DNA of 64,000 nt from a virus. The position numbers and the translations under genes are program-made. Under the pieces are notes generated by a model. That model was not told the DNA's origin, made no database searches, and worked only from the letters and a program-made list of their open reading frames with translations. Positions within the stretch are counted from its first letter, which is position 1, and each line of letters begins with the position of its first letter. Of the stretch, positions 39,884 to 49,783 are shown in pieces. The stretch spans positions 1 to 64,000 of IMG/VR virus record IMGVR_UViG_3300050011_000542. One strand, 5' to 3'.

Positions 39884-40309
39884 ATGGCGTTAGATGTTGC
39901 CGGCACACAAGCCCAGAAATGGATGGCCGGTGACGGGACCGGGGCCAGTGTTGGCGACCCGCTTATCCAGTCGATCGAAATTAATGGCGTAACCGACCAG
40001 GACGGCCTGGCGATTAAAGCCAGCTCGATCAACATCATCGATTTCAGTTTCACTTGCAACGGCAGCTGGCAGCACATCCTGACGGCCCAGGCCACCCGCA
40101 AGTATATGAAGATCCAGAACATCGGCACGGCCCTGATTGGCTGGGCCATTAACGATCTTACCAGTGCCAAGACGCCGCCTTGCCTCAGTGCAGTGACGCT
40201 TTATCCGGGTGGCTCCGAGAACAGCGACGGCTCGTCTTTCCATCACGGCGATGTGTGGATTAAAGGGCCGAGCGGCACCCCGGTCACCGTATTTTCGGAT
40301 GTCGCCTAA
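39884..40309 (+). CDS. Hypothetical (probable virion) protein
   Basis: Beta-rich ORF coupled to the fibre gene. Confidence 0.55.
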   Translation: MALDVAGTQAQKWMAGDGTGASVGDPLIQSIEINGVTDQDGLAIKASSINIIDFSFTCNGSWQHILTAQATRKYMKIQNIGTALIGWAINDLTSAKTPPCLSAVTLYPGGSENSDGSSFHHGDVWIKGPSGTPVTVFSDVA

Positions 40310-42108
40310 TGGGGACATTCAATCCGTATGTGCCGTTACCTGAAACCACGGTAACCGCAACCAAAGCACTTGCTGCCGGCACGATTGGCTCGGTGTTTGT
40401 TAATAACACCTCTGGGTCTGGCATTACGATTACCTTGCCGCCGAACCCATACGACAATCTTGTCATTGATGCTTTCGATGTTGCCGGTACGGCAGGTGCT
40501 CATACGATTACCTGGGTCGGAGCTGCCGGGGCCACTATCGGCGGTTCTTCCAGCTACCTTATGTCGGTTAATTTCGCCGCCATCAAGTTTTACTATTCGA
40601 CGGCGGCAGGCGGTTGGTTTGTTGATCTAACAGCTTCTACCTATGCGTCTAATGCCGCAACGTCGGCGACGGCTGCAGCATCTTCAGCTACTGCAGCGGC
40701 AGGGTCTGCAACCACGGCGACTACACAGGCAGGCAATGCCGCGACTTCGGCTACCGCTGCTGCCTCTAGCGCGACTGCTGCAGCATCGAGCGCAACAGGA
40801 GCTGCAACTTCTGCTACCACAGCTACGACGCAAGCTACCACAGCTACGACGCAAGCCACCACAGCTACGACGCAAGCGGGTATAGCGACTACCCAGGCAG
40901 GCAATGCCGCGACTTCAGCCACAGCCGCAGCAAGTTCTGCCACGGCCGCTGCTGCAAGTGCTACCGCTGCAGCGGGGTCGGCTACGGCTGCAGCGGGGTC
41001 AGCTGCCACTGCCCTGACAACTATAGCCGGCGCTATTAATGGCGTGTCGGTAGCCAAAACAGCAGCCTACACAGTAGCAAATTCCGATAAACGGCTTACG
41101 CTTAGTTTCGGAGGCAGCACTGGCTACACTGTTACTGTTCCTTCAGCAGCGGGCTTTGACTCCGACTTCCAGGTACGGCTCTTTAATGCAGATGCAGGTC
41201 GTGCCAAAACGATAGCTATAACCGGGTATTCTAATTTCTTTCTGTGGCCATTGCAGTCGGTAATTGTTCATAACATCGGTGGCACTTGGGAAATGTACCC
41301 ACGTACCCAACGCTGGATACTACCTGGCGGCGGCATTCCTATGTATGTAGATCCAAGTGGCGGCCCGACTAATGACGGTCTGACGCTAGGATCAGCCAAG
41401 GCTACGATATTAGATGCTTGGAATACTATTAGGGATCAAACCGATGGTCCTCTATTTATTCAGCTTACGCCAGGGGTTACTTACTCAGTTATTGCTGGGG
41501 GAGGGGCTGTTTCAGGAGAGCTAGACGGGGACACAACTTCATCGTTTGGTAGACTAATACAGATTGTCGGAGATCCTACTCTAGTAAACCCGCCTATTTT
41601 GATTTGTGGTAGTGGCCAGTCGTGCATTGTTCTTAGAGACGGTGCTTGGAGCATCATCCATGGCATTTCTTTCAAGACAGTTGGCAATAGTAGCACCGGA
41701 GTTAATATTCAACAAAAAGCTCTTGGGGATATACAAGATTGTACTTGGGATATTTTTCCGCTTGGCTATCATATAATTGTTGATGATGATGGCGATGCTA
41801 ATATGGCTGGCGCTATGAAATTTGTTGGCAGCACTTCTATGCTTGCTCACATTTATGTTGGTCATAAAGGTAAGGTACTTTCTGGAGCAAGCTTCGATGG
41901 TACGGGTCAAACCGTAGCCTTTACAGTTGGTTTTATACAGTTGGATTTACATGCGGAAGCAACCTTCAACGGCTCGTCATTCGCTAATTTTGGCTCCTTT
42001 ACCGGCCCCAAATACTTTATCACACACAGCAGTTTTTTAACTCAAGGGGGCCTTACTTTTCCAGGAAATGCCTCCGGCTCGGCTGATGGCACGAGCTTGG
42101 CATTCTAG
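40309..42108 (+). CDS. Side tail fibre/tailspike-like protein
   Basis: Stf-like Ala/Thr/Ser heptad repeats; YVDPSGGPTNDG...ATI..A start of a beta-helix-like C-terminus. Confidence 0.7.
   Translation: MGTFNPYVPLPETTVTATKALAAGTIGSVFVNNTSGSGITITLPPNPYDNLVIDAFDVAGTAGAHTITWVGAAGATIGGSSSYLMSVNFAAIKFYYSTAAGGWFVDLTASTYASNAATSATAAASSATAAAGSATTATTQAGNAATSATAAASSATAAASSATGAATSATTATTQATTATTQATTATTQAGIATTQAGNAATSATAAASSATAAAASATAAAGSATAAAGSAATALTTIAGAINGVSVAKTAAYTVANSDKRLTLSFGGSTGYTVTVPSAAGFDSDFQVRLFNADAGRAKTIAITGYSNFFLWPLQSVIVHNIGGTWEMYPRTQRWILPGGGIPMYVDPSGGPTNDGLTLGSAKATILDAWNTIRDQTDGPLFIQLTPGVTYSVIAGGGAVSGELDGDTTSSFGRLIQIVGDPTLVNPPILICGSGQSCIVLRDGAWSIIHGISFKTVGNSSTGVNIQQKALGDIQDCTWDIFPLGYHIIVDDDGDANMAGAMKFVGSTSMLAHIYVGHKGKVLSGASFDGTGQTVAFTVGFIQLDLHAEATFNGSSFANFGSFTGPKYFITHSSFLTQGGLTFPGNASGSADGTSLAF
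40816..40878 (+). repeat. 3 x 21-bp tandem repeat (TTATTQA) in fibre gene
   Basis: ACCACAGCTACGACGCAAGCN three times. Confidence 0.9.
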
Positions 42109-42116
42109 GTGTAACC

Positions 42117-42713
42117 ATGGATACCACCTTGACTACCATCACATTGTCTGCCCCGCCTGGAGTTACGCGAGTTCCTTACGGTAATTTCTTTATTATCGTC
42201 GAGCCGGACGGGACGATCCAAATACCTCCTGTCGCAGTGCCCACAATGCTTGCCGAAGGCTGTTCTCTGGTTAATGGAGTAGGGGGAGTACCTTCCACGT
42301 CTGACCTGGCCGCAGCAGCTATAGTCCCTGCCAGCCATGTGGCCACTGCTTCTCAGGACGAACTTTCTTACTACCTGGGCATTCACGGAGTCGCCAGTAG
42401 TGTTCTACAGCTTATGGCGCTACCCCAGATGAGGACTCAAGCGGTCACGATTGCTGAAGCGCAGGCATTGAAAGCCCTGGTGATTAGTAAAGCCGCGTTT
42501 ATCAATCTGTTTACGGACGCAGAATTTCTCGCCATTGCCACAGCGGCCCCGACGAATCCAAGGATCAATGTCTGGCTGATTAAAGCCCAGGCCAGGGATC
42601 AAATCGATCTTACCGACCCTCTGGCCAAGCAGGGTCTGGATGCCTTGGTAGCTGCTTCTCTCCTGTCTGGGCCGCGCGAGACCGCGATCCTCGCAAATCA
42701 GAAACCAAGCTAA
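42117..42713 (+). CDS. Probable tail fibre assembly-associated protein
   Basis: Follows fibre; C-terminal ISKAAFINLFT.AE...IDLTDP...GLDALV...R..AIL pattern. Confidence 0.5.
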   Translation: MDTTLTTITLSAPPGVTRVPYGNFFIIVEPDGTIQIPPVAVPTMLAEGCSLVNGVGGVPSTSDLAAAAIVPASHVATASQDELSYYLGIHGVASSVLQLMALPQMRTQAVTIAEAQALKALVISKAAFINLFTDAEFLAIATAAPTNPRINVWLIKAQARDQIDLTDPLAKQGLDALVAASLLSGPRETAILANQKPS

Positions 42714-42772
42714 AAACCGTTTAGGGGATGAATGAGGCTGCAATCGATTGCAGCGCCCTGGACGAGAGCACC

Positions 42773-43135
42773 ATGAACAACAACCCAAAGATCGTTTTTG
42801 TAGCGTCCCTGTTCACGTCCAAGATTTTCTGGGCGCAGGTCGTAGCCATTGTTGCAACCTTGGCGACCATGAGTGGCTTTCATCCGGGCTGGGCGACTGA
42901 AGCTAACCAGGCCGAGCTCGTCGGTATGATCGACATGTTTGCGACCACGGCGCTTCGTATCTGGGGATTTAGTGGCCCGGTCTCCCTGACCGCCCCGATC
43001 TCGGCCCTGGCTCCGCAAGAGCTTACTGCTGGCGTGCATACGGTAACTGTCACGCCGCCAGTGCCTGTACCGGCTCCGGTGCCCGTCCTCACCATCTCTT
43101 CGGCGCCGCTTCCGGGGCTGGCCCCGGTCGCCTAA
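42773..43135 (+). CDS. Holin-like membrane protein
   Basis: SKIFW followed by two hydrophobic helices ending LR. Confidence 0.5.
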   Translation: MNNNPKIVFVASLFTSKIFWAQVVAIVATLATMSGFHPGWATEANQAELVGMIDMFATTALRIWGFSGPVSLTAPISALAPQELTAGVHTVTVTPPVPVPAPVPVLTISSAPLPGLAPVA

Positions 43136-43162
43136 TCAAGTTCAACCACGGAGGGTTTATCT

Positions 43163-43591
43163 ATGAGTAAAAGTATCATTGCTGCACTGGGTCTCACTGT
43201 CGCTCTCGGGGCTTGTGCCCCGGTTGCACCGAACGGTGTTAACCCGGTTGCCAGTCTGGAAACCACGCTGTCTTCGCCGGCAGGGCAGGCGTTCGTAACC
43301 AACCTGGTGGGTACGGCTTTCCCGCAGCTGAACACGATCGTTGCCAAGGGCTCGGCGGCTTCGGCTGCTGACCTTCAAAAGGTTGCCTATTGGCTGCCTT
43401 GGGTTCAGGGCGCTGTCGTGCTGTTCGGCCCGACCATCATGACGCCTGACGAGGTTACCAAGGTCAGTCAGGGCATTTCGCAGGTGTCGGCGCTGGTCGC
43501 CAATCCGCCTGCTGATGTGAGCTCGGTGATGGTTACGGTTGGCCAGCTGGTCACCACGGTGCAGGCCGACCTCAAGCCGGCCCTGAAGTAA
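43163..43591 (+). CDS. Lipoprotein
   Basis: Lipobox VALGAC. Confidence 0.65.
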   Translation: MSKSIIAALGLTVALGACAPVAPNGVNPVASLETTLSSPAGQAFVTNLVGTAFPQLNTIVAKGSAASAADLQKVAYWLPWVQGAVVLFGPTIMTPDEVTKVSQGISQVSALVANPPADVSSVMVTVGQLVTTVQADLKPALK

Positions 43592-43896
43592 TGCCTATCC
43601 GTACCTGGCTTCTAGTGAGCCTAGCTTGCCTCGGGGCTTGTCAACCGCTCACTGGGAGTCAGGTTCAGGATACGGAGATTATACGACAAAGAATTGTCGG
43701 GGCTTGTCTGCTAACGCCGCTGTTTAAGCCGGTTGACACCGCCCTGACCGCTGCTATCCCAGCCGCCACTATCCCTGTCGACTTGAAGAACCTTGGTGTG
43801 GACATCGTGTGCAAGAACCCGGCGTTCTTCGCTGCGCAAAACGCCACGACGGCTGATTGGGTAATGGCCCAGCTAAAGCCCTATTTCAGAGACTGA
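43591..43896 (+). CDS. Lipoprotein
   Basis: Lipobox CLGAC. Confidence 0.6.
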   Translation: MPIRTWLLVSLACLGACQPLTGSQVQDTEIIRQRIVGACLLTPLFKPVDTALTAAIPAATIPVDLKNLGVDIVCKNPAFFAAQNATTADWVMAQLKPYFRD

Positions 43897-43898
43897 TC

Positions 43899-44549
43899 AT
43901 GCTCGATCTTGTAATCATCAATACCTCGGTGAAATTCAGCAGTTCGCTTATTGCTGCGATGATCCCGGCTTTGCAGCGCCAGGTTAGCGGGGACTTTGCC
44001 CCGCTGTGGGGTATCGACGCGACCCTGCATTTCGATACCCAAGATCCTGGCAATGTGCCGTATCGGGTGATCCTCAAAGACCAGACCGATGATCCCAAGG
44101 ATCTGGGCTTCCATCTGCTCGACAACGGATGCCCCGAAGCCCGTGTTTTCTGTGACACGCTGCCAGAAAACCAGGCGGCAAGCGTTCTCGGGCACGAAAT
44201 CATGGAGATGTTAGCCGACCCGCTAACCAATCGTATGGCCAAGGACGGTCGGCACATCATCGAAGTCTGCGACCCGTGTGAAGAGAATGGCTACATGATC
44301 GATGGCGAGTTTGTCAGCGATTTTGTGACGCCCAGCTATTTCGGTTTCGATTCCGGTACTCGATACGATTTCAACAGGCAGCTTGCTGGGCCGTGCCCGC
44401 TCTTGATGCCCGGTGGATACATTATGGAGCTTGTCAACAATCAGTGGACGAGCCACTTCGGACGTCGAGCTGACGGTACTATAAACCCACGCGCGCTTGA
44501 GTCCGGTCGCAGCCAATGGCGGGCAGCTCAGGGCATTTCGACCAAATAA
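43899..44549 (+). CDS. Putative zinc metallopeptidase-like protein
   Basis: LGFH, HEIMEMLADP, EVCDPCE, VSDFVTP. Confidence 0.5.
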   Translation: MLDLVIINTSVKFSSSLIAAMIPALQRQVSGDFAPLWGIDATLHFDTQDPGNVPYRVILKDQTDDPKDLGFHLLDNGCPEARVFCDTLPENQAASVLGHEIMEMLADPLTNRMAKDGRHIIEVCDPCEENGYMIDGEFVSDFVTPSYFGFDSGTRYDFNRQLAGPCPLLMPGGYIMELVNNQWTSHFGRRADGTINPRALESGRSQWRAAQGISTK

Positions 44550-44576
44550 TTCTCTACCTCACCACGGATGGTGACC

Positions 44577-45257
44577 ATGCTTACCGATCTCGACCTAGTA
44601 AAGCTGCAGCTTGCTGCTTACGAATATGACGGCATGCCATTTGCCTGGGATTGGTCGGCCCAGATAAAGAGCGATAACATCGTCCTGGGCGGTATCAAGA
44701 ATGTCGGTGACGATCAGGTTTTGATCTTCCCTGGCACGCGCACGCTCGACGAGTGGCGCATGAACTTTCAGGCTTTGCCAGAGAGCACGGACCACCCGGT
44801 GTTCGGGCCAGTGCATCGGGGCTTTTTCACTGGGCTTGAGCCTTTCGTTACCATGGCCCAGACTCATCTGAATCCCAATAAGACGATCTATGTAGTCGGC
44901 CATTCTCGGGGCGCTGCAGAAGCACCACTGGCAGCTGCATTGCTGCGTATGGCCGGGCTCCTGGTCACTCGCATCGTGATGTTCGCGCCCCCCAAGACCG
45001 GCGAAGCCAAGTTCGTCGCTTTCATGGCCCCGGTCGACAAGGTACTGTATCGAAACTCAGGCCCAGACGGGCATGACTATGTTACCGATGTCCCTGCTTA
45101 CATTCCTGGACTTGCCCCGTATGTGCATCTGGCAGGTCTAACCGATGTAAGAGGGGAGCCCGATCCCCTAGATGCCTGGGGGCTTTTCCGGTTCCACCAC
45201 ATTCAGTATTATTTACAAGGACTTAGCAGTCTTTACGCTCTCAAAGGTGTCCAGTAA
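44577..45257 (+). CDS. Lipase class 3 (alpha/beta hydrolase)
   Basis: FPGT, VHRGF, GHSRG nucleophile elbow, FAPPKTG, DYVTDVP, HHIQYY. Confidence 0.85.
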   Translation: MLTDLDLVKLQLAAYEYDGMPFAWDWSAQIKSDNIVLGGIKNVGDDQVLIFPGTRTLDEWRMNFQALPESTDHPVFGPVHRGFFTGLEPFVTMAQTHLNPNKTIYVVGHSRGAAEAPLAAALLRMAGLLVTRIVMFAPPKTGEAKFVAFMAPVDKVLYRNSGPDGHDYVTDVPAYIPGLAPYVHLAGLTDVRGEPDPLDAWGLFRFHHIQYYLQGLSSLYALKGVQ

Positions 45258-45775
45258 TGGACATCTACGACCTTATGTGGCTTGTCGGCTATTTAGAAGG
45301 AGAAGGCACTTTTATCTGCTCTATTATGAAAGGAGGCAGATACGCCAGTATCCAAATATCAGGATCATCAACTGATGAGGACATAGCAGCAAGAGCCAGC
45401 GCCCTTCTTGGCAAGCCCTCAATAGGCCCTTATACAAACAAAGGATCGCTTGGTAAAAAACCTTATTGGATATTTGCCATATCAGGAGAGCGGGCAGCCA
45501 GATTAATGGTAAAATTACCACCATTTATGGGCATTCACCGTCAAGCCCAGATAGATAAATCTTTAGCTCTCTGGGAAGCACGGCCTACGAGACATCGTGA
45601 AACTGGGCTCCCTCCTGATTGCCACCCCGATAAAGTCCACTATGCTCGGGGCCTGTGCCGGCCTTGCCATTACAAGTTCTTTCGGTACGATATCCATAAA
45701 TTAAGCGAGGAAGCGATAACTGATCGCTTAGCTCAGCGGCCAATGTCACTTTATGCAAGGGCACTAGGAGCCTAG
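45257..45775 (+). CDS. Free-standing LAGLIDADG homing-endonuclease-like protein
   Basis: WLVGYLEGEGTF motif; C-terminal CH...H..RGLCRPC Zn motif; AT-richer DNA. Confidence 0.7.
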   Translation: MDIYDLMWLVGYLEGEGTFICSIMKGGRYASIQISGSSTDEDIAARASALLGKPSIGPYTNKGSLGKKPYWIFAISGERAARLMVKLPPFMGIHRQAQIDKSLALWEARPTRHRETGLPPDCHPDKVHYARGLCRPCHYKFFRYDIHKLSEEAITDRLAQRPMSLYARALGA

Positions 45776-45894
45776 CTGCTCTGCAATCAATTGCAGCGGT
45801 GTGTCACTGGCTCCAGTAGCTATTCAAACCTCTCGTTATGGCTTTAGTCGAGGTGTGAGCCTCGAACCAGGATGGTTTGAGAGGCTACGTTGCC

Positions 45895-46284
45895 ATGAAG
45901 AGGTTGTTGGCTCTTCTTTGTGTAGTCGCTCTGGCGGGTTTTCCGATCAGCCGGGCTTATGCTGACACGGTTGTAAACACCGGCCCCAGCGGGCTTGATC
46001 ACAGCGGAAATCCTCCTTCGCTCAGCGGTCTTACTCTGCTGGCGACGATTGCCCCGAACAACAATCGCAAAGGGTACTTCGTTCAGGCCCAATGCACGGC
46101 CGGACTCACTGTTGTATTCGATGACGCAGCGGGTTCGACCACCGCAACTGTAGTGGTACTCGGAGGAGCGGCGTCTAACGGAGCCCAGGGTGGCTCTGTA
46201 AATATGGCGGGTATGCCTCACCAGGGTCGTATCAGGATCTACTCCAGCTCGGCTGGGTGTCAGATGGCTTCGCGTGTCTGGTAA
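45895..46284 (+). CDS. Hypothetical protein with signal peptide
   Basis: MKRLLALLCVVALAG...AYA. Confidence 0.7.
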   Translation: MKRLLALLCVVALAGFPISRAYADTVVNTGPSGLDHSGNPPSLSGLTLLATIAPNNNRKGYFVQAQCTAGLTVVFDDAAGSTTATVVVLGGAASNGAQGGSVNMAGMPHQGRIRIYSSSAGCQMASRVW

Positions 46285-46529
46285 TGAAAAGTCGGACCCG
46301 TATAGCTGTAGTTGCGGCGGCCTTAATAGTTGTCGCTGCTCTCAGCTCAGTCGCAAACGCTTGTATCGACCAGACTTTTGGTAGCACCGAAAACGACCCC
46401 GGTTCCTGTTCTGGGCTAGGTATCGGATTTCCTTTTACCGCAGCAGCACCACCGTCTGGATGCTCGGCTATTCAGCTAGATCAGACGGTTTCTTGCAACG
46501 CGGCGTCATTACCAATTTTGGGGATGTAA
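46284..46529 (+). CDS. Small Cys-containing protein with signal peptide
   Basis: TAATG coupling; hydrophobic leader ending ANA. Confidence 0.55.
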   Translation: MKSRTRIAVVAAALIVVAALSSVANACIDQTFGSTENDPGSCSGLGIGFPFTAAAPPSGCSAIQLDQTVSCNAASLPILGM

Positions 46530-46532
46530 ATC

Positions 46533-46832
46533 GTGAAGAAACGCTCAATCATTGTAGGTTTATTTACGCTGCTTTCAGTTAGCCCGGCGATGGCCTGGGA
46601 GCCGTCCAAGGACGCCCCGGCCTGGGCCAGAAGTTTACCAGCGGTACACGGCGCTCTGCAGGCTTGTCGTGACCTGGAAGACTCGGTCCAGACGGCAATG
46701 CTCACTGCTCGCGCACAATTAAATGCAGCACTTGCTGAGAATTCAGATCTAAAAAGCGCGTTATCCGATGCCATGGCTGATCGCGACAAAGCAGTAGCGC
46801 GAGTAAAAGAACTAGAGTCAGGAGCTCCGTAA
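46533..46832 (+). CDS. Coiled-coil protein with signal peptide
   Basis: Leader ending AMA; heptad C-terminus. Confidence 0.6.
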   Translation: MKKRSIIVGLFTLLSVSPAMAWEPSKDAPAWARSLPAVHGALQACRDLEDSVQTAMLTARAQLNAALAENSDLKSALSDAMADRDKAVARVKELESGAP

Positions 46833-46833
46833 C

Positions 46834-48936
46834 ATGAAAAGGCTCGTAATCGCAGCCGTTGTCGGCGCATTGCTGCATGGCCCTGCGTTTGCGGGGTCGA
46901 GCACGATCTCAGTTAAGGATGCTGGTGGATCTACGATCACTTTCGGAGCCACCACAGACGGGTCTACTAATCTTTATAGCAACTTCGCCATCGTTGACGG
47001 CTCAGCTGCCGCCAATAAGGCGGGAGTTACGGCGCGCGGTGCGCTCCAGATCGAAGGTGTAGCGAGCGGTACTGCGATTCCGGTCAGTGCGGCTTCGCTG
47101 CCGCTTCCGACTGGAGCCTCGACCAGTGCCAAGCAGCCCGCCTTGGGGACTGCCGGCTCTGCATCAACCGACGTTCTGACCATTCAGGGCGCTGCCAGCA
47201 TGACCAAGCTACTGGTCACTGCTGATCCGATCACCGGCACGGTCACGGCCAATGCAGGAACCAACCTCAATACTTCTGCGCTGGCTTTGGAGAGTGGCGG
47301 CAACCTCGCAACGATCGCAGGCAGTATTGTCTCTGGAGGTACGGCCCTTGGGTCGATTAAAAACAGCCTTACTGGTGGCTCGGTAACAACTGCTGCCCCG
47401 ACCTACACCACTGGTCAGATTGATCCGCTAAGTCTCAATACATCGGGTGGCTTGCGAGTCGATGGTTCTGGGGTAACCCAGCCGGTCAGCGCGGCCTCCC
47501 TCCCGCTTCCCACGGGGGCCGCCACCTCGGCAATCCAAACTGGTGGCAGCCAGAAGACCCAGATTGTCGACGGCTCTGGCAATGTTATCGCCTCGACCAG
47601 CAACAACCTCAACGTCCAGTGTGCGAACTGTTCTGGCTCTGGGGTGAGCGCGGCGGATGAAGCCTCGTTCACCGCTGGGGCTTCGGTGTTCGCTTCTGGA
47701 GGTGGGTTCTTCCAGACGACCGCGACCAGCAATCCCCTCACGACCGGCCAGCAGGGCGCCTTCCAGCTGACCGCCAACCGCGCGCTCTTTACCAATCTGC
47801 GCAATGCGGCCGGTACAGAGGTGGGAACCTCCTCGACACCCCTGCAAGTGAGCCTGGCGAACACCGCAGGCAATGCGACCGCAGTTAAAGTCGATGGCTC
47901 GGCGGTGACGCAGCCGGTTTCCATCTCCGGTAATCAGGCGGTTAACGAGGCACAGATCAACGGCGTCACGCCGCTAATGGGCAACGGCGTTAGCGGCACC
48001 GGCTCTCAGCGCGTAAACATCGCGTCTGACAACACCGCGTTTTCGGTCAATGCCAATGCTGGCACCAACCTTAATACCTCAGCCCTCGCGCTTGAGTCAG
48101 GGGGCAACCTGGCGACGATCGCAGGCAATATCGTTTCGCAAGGGACGGCGCTAGGCGCGATAAAAAACGAGCTTATGGGTGCCTCGGTCACGACCGCATC
48201 CCCCACCTACACGACGGGACAGATCAATCCGCTCAGCATGGATACTTCGGGTTCTCTGCGGGTCAATGTCGTCACCGGAGGCACGTCAGGTACGGTAGCG
48301 CAAGGTTCGACTACTTCTGGGCAGTCGGGCATGATGATCCAGGGTGCGGTTACGACCGCAGCCCCGTCATATACTACAGCGCAGACGAGCCCGCTCAGTC
48401 TCAATACATCTGGTCAACTGCGAGTATCGGTCGAAGCCATAACCAATTCGACGGGCGCTGCGACCGGCGCGAGCGTTCCCTCGAACGCCGGATATGCCGG
48501 GGTGCGTGCTACCACGTCGGAGCCCACGGCCGTTTCGGACGGCCAGCTAGCCGGCGTCATGGCCGATGTCCGTGGCGCCCAGGTGATGCTGCTGGGGGCG
48601 GTGCCGCAGAACTACGTCTCCGGGCTGATCAGCTCGGCCATGACCGGAACCACCAGCACCCAGCTTCTCGCCGCGCCGGCCGCGGGTTTGCGCAATTACG
48701 TGACGACCCTGGTCTGCTCAAACTCGCACGCCACGGTGAGTACGGATGTCGATATCAAGGACGGCAACGCAGGCACCTCGATTTTCACGATCCCGGCAGC
48801 CGCAGTCTACGGCGGCACGGCGATTTCCTTCCCGGTCCCGCTCAAACAGCCGACGACTGCAACCCGCCTCGACGCCGCTGACGTGACGACCGGCGCTAAC
48901 GTCCGCTGTGCCGCCGTAGGGTACAAGGGGGCCTAG
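46834..48936 (+). CDS. Repeat-rich fibre-like protein with signal peptide
   Basis: Leader ending AFA; duplicated ~70 aa ANAGTNLNTSALALESGG... unit; repeated PVSAASLPLPTGA. Confidence 0.75.
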   Translation: MKRLVIAAVVGALLHGPAFAGSSTISVKDAGGSTITFGATTDGSTNLYSNFAIVDGSAAANKAGVTARGALQIEGVASGTAIPVSAASLPLPTGASTSAKQPALGTAGSASTDVLTIQGAASMTKLLVTADPITGTVTANAGTNLNTSALALESGGNLATIAGSIVSGGTALGSIKNSLTGGSVTTAAPTYTTGQIDPLSLNTSGGLRVDGSGVTQPVSAASLPLPTGAATSAIQTGGSQKTQIVDGSGNVIASTSNNLNVQCANCSGSGVSAADEASFTAGASVFASGGGFFQTTATSNPLTTGQQGAFQLTANRALFTNLRNAAGTEVGTSSTPLQVSLANTAGNATAVKVDGSAVTQPVSISGNQAVNEAQINGVTPLMGNGVSGTGSQRVNIASDNTAFSVNANAGTNLNTSALALESGGNLATIAGNIVSQGTALGAIKNELMGASVTTASPTYTTGQINPLSMDTSGSLRVNVVTGGTSGTVAQGSTTSGQSGMMIQGAVTTAAPSYTTAQTSPLSLNTSGQLRVSVEAITNSTGAATGASVPSNAGYAGVRATTSEPTAVSDGQLAGVMADVRGAQVMLLGAVPQNYVSGLISSAMTGTTSTQLLAAPAAGLRNYVTTLVCSNSHATVSTDVDIKDGNAGTSIFTIPAAAVYGGTAISFPVPLKQPTTATRLDAADVTTGANVRCAAVGYKGA

Positions 48937-48939
48937 CCG

Positions 48940-49344
48940 ATGCAACGGACTTTCAAGGGTGAGTGGAGCCTCGGCGAGCTTCACGGTTATCCGTTTACGC
49001 TCGACGGGCGCGGAGCCTACACGCAGCTTCATGCCCACGATAAGGGCCATGTCATGCAGGCGACCCGGCGGGTTGGCGTCTATGCTGTGCTGCCGAGTGG
49101 TTTCGAGCACGTCGAGACCGTGCCGCAGGGCGAGACACGTTACATCAAGGCGCACATACCGCATATCGTCTTTGCGGTCGAGGATGGGTTGACTGAATGT
49201 CAGTGCCTGTTCTCCCGCTACGGCGCTGAGGGAGAGTTTCGCGCCGATCCGAAAGAAGGATCGCGGCAACCCTACGTCGAGACTTGCGACCTCACGCAGT
49301 TGCCCGATCTTGTTCAAAAATGGCTTACCGATGAAGCGGCGTAG
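48940..49344 (+). CDS. Hypothetical protein
   Basis: ORF in operon. Confidence 0.65.
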   Translation: MQRTFKGEWSLGELHGYPFTLDGRGAYTQLHAHDKGHVMQATRRVGVYAVLPSGFEHVETVPQGETRYIKAHIPHIVFAVEDGLTECQCLFSRYGAEGEFRADPKEGSRQPYVETCDLTQLPDLVQKWLTDEAA

Positions 49345-49783
49345 CGTCCTCCTTGCCGCGCTCGGTGCGCTATTCATTCCCGCATTTCGGCTGAAGGCTG
49401 CGGACGTGCCAAAACCAAGACTTTGCGTGTGGGCGAGCACCCGCAACACTGGGCTGCCGGGCCGACCGCAGCGCGGGGATGTGATCGACATCCTCGACAC
49501 GACGCAGCACCCCGGCCGTAGCGTCTATGGACATCCCGACTTCCGCATCGTCGATGTCAACATGCAGTGCGACAATCCGAAGCGCGAGCTGGCTAAGTGG
49601 ATCGCCCGCGACGATGCGCCGGAAGGTTTCCTGTCCTGGCATCGCAAGTTCACCCTCGACCTCGATGCGATTGAGCGAGCCGAACGCCGCCGCCTTGCGG
49701 TCGATGATGTGATCGTGACGCTGCCGGGCAATCTCTTGGTTAAGCCTAAGCTGATGCTGCCCGATCCGAGGATCATCGGATGA
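49331..49783 (+). CDS. Hypothetical protein with twin-arginine-like leader
   Basis: MKRRSVLLAALGA. Confidence 0.6.
   Translation: MKRRSVLLAALGALFIPAFRLKAADVPKPRLCVWASTRNTGLPGRPQRGDVIDILDTTQHPGRSVYGHPDFRIVDVNMQCDNPKRELAKWIARDDAPEGFLSWHRKFTLDLDAIERAERRRLAVDDVIVTLPGNLLVKPKLMLPDPRIIG

Noticed and set aside
45257-45775. Group I intron or intein around the LAGLIDADG ORF
   Set aside because: Flanking genes look complete; no splice-junction or intein motifs seen
46834-48936. Diversity-generating retroelement template/variable repeats
   Set aside because: Repeat differences are mostly synonymous, not adenine-specific; no reverse transcriptase in the window
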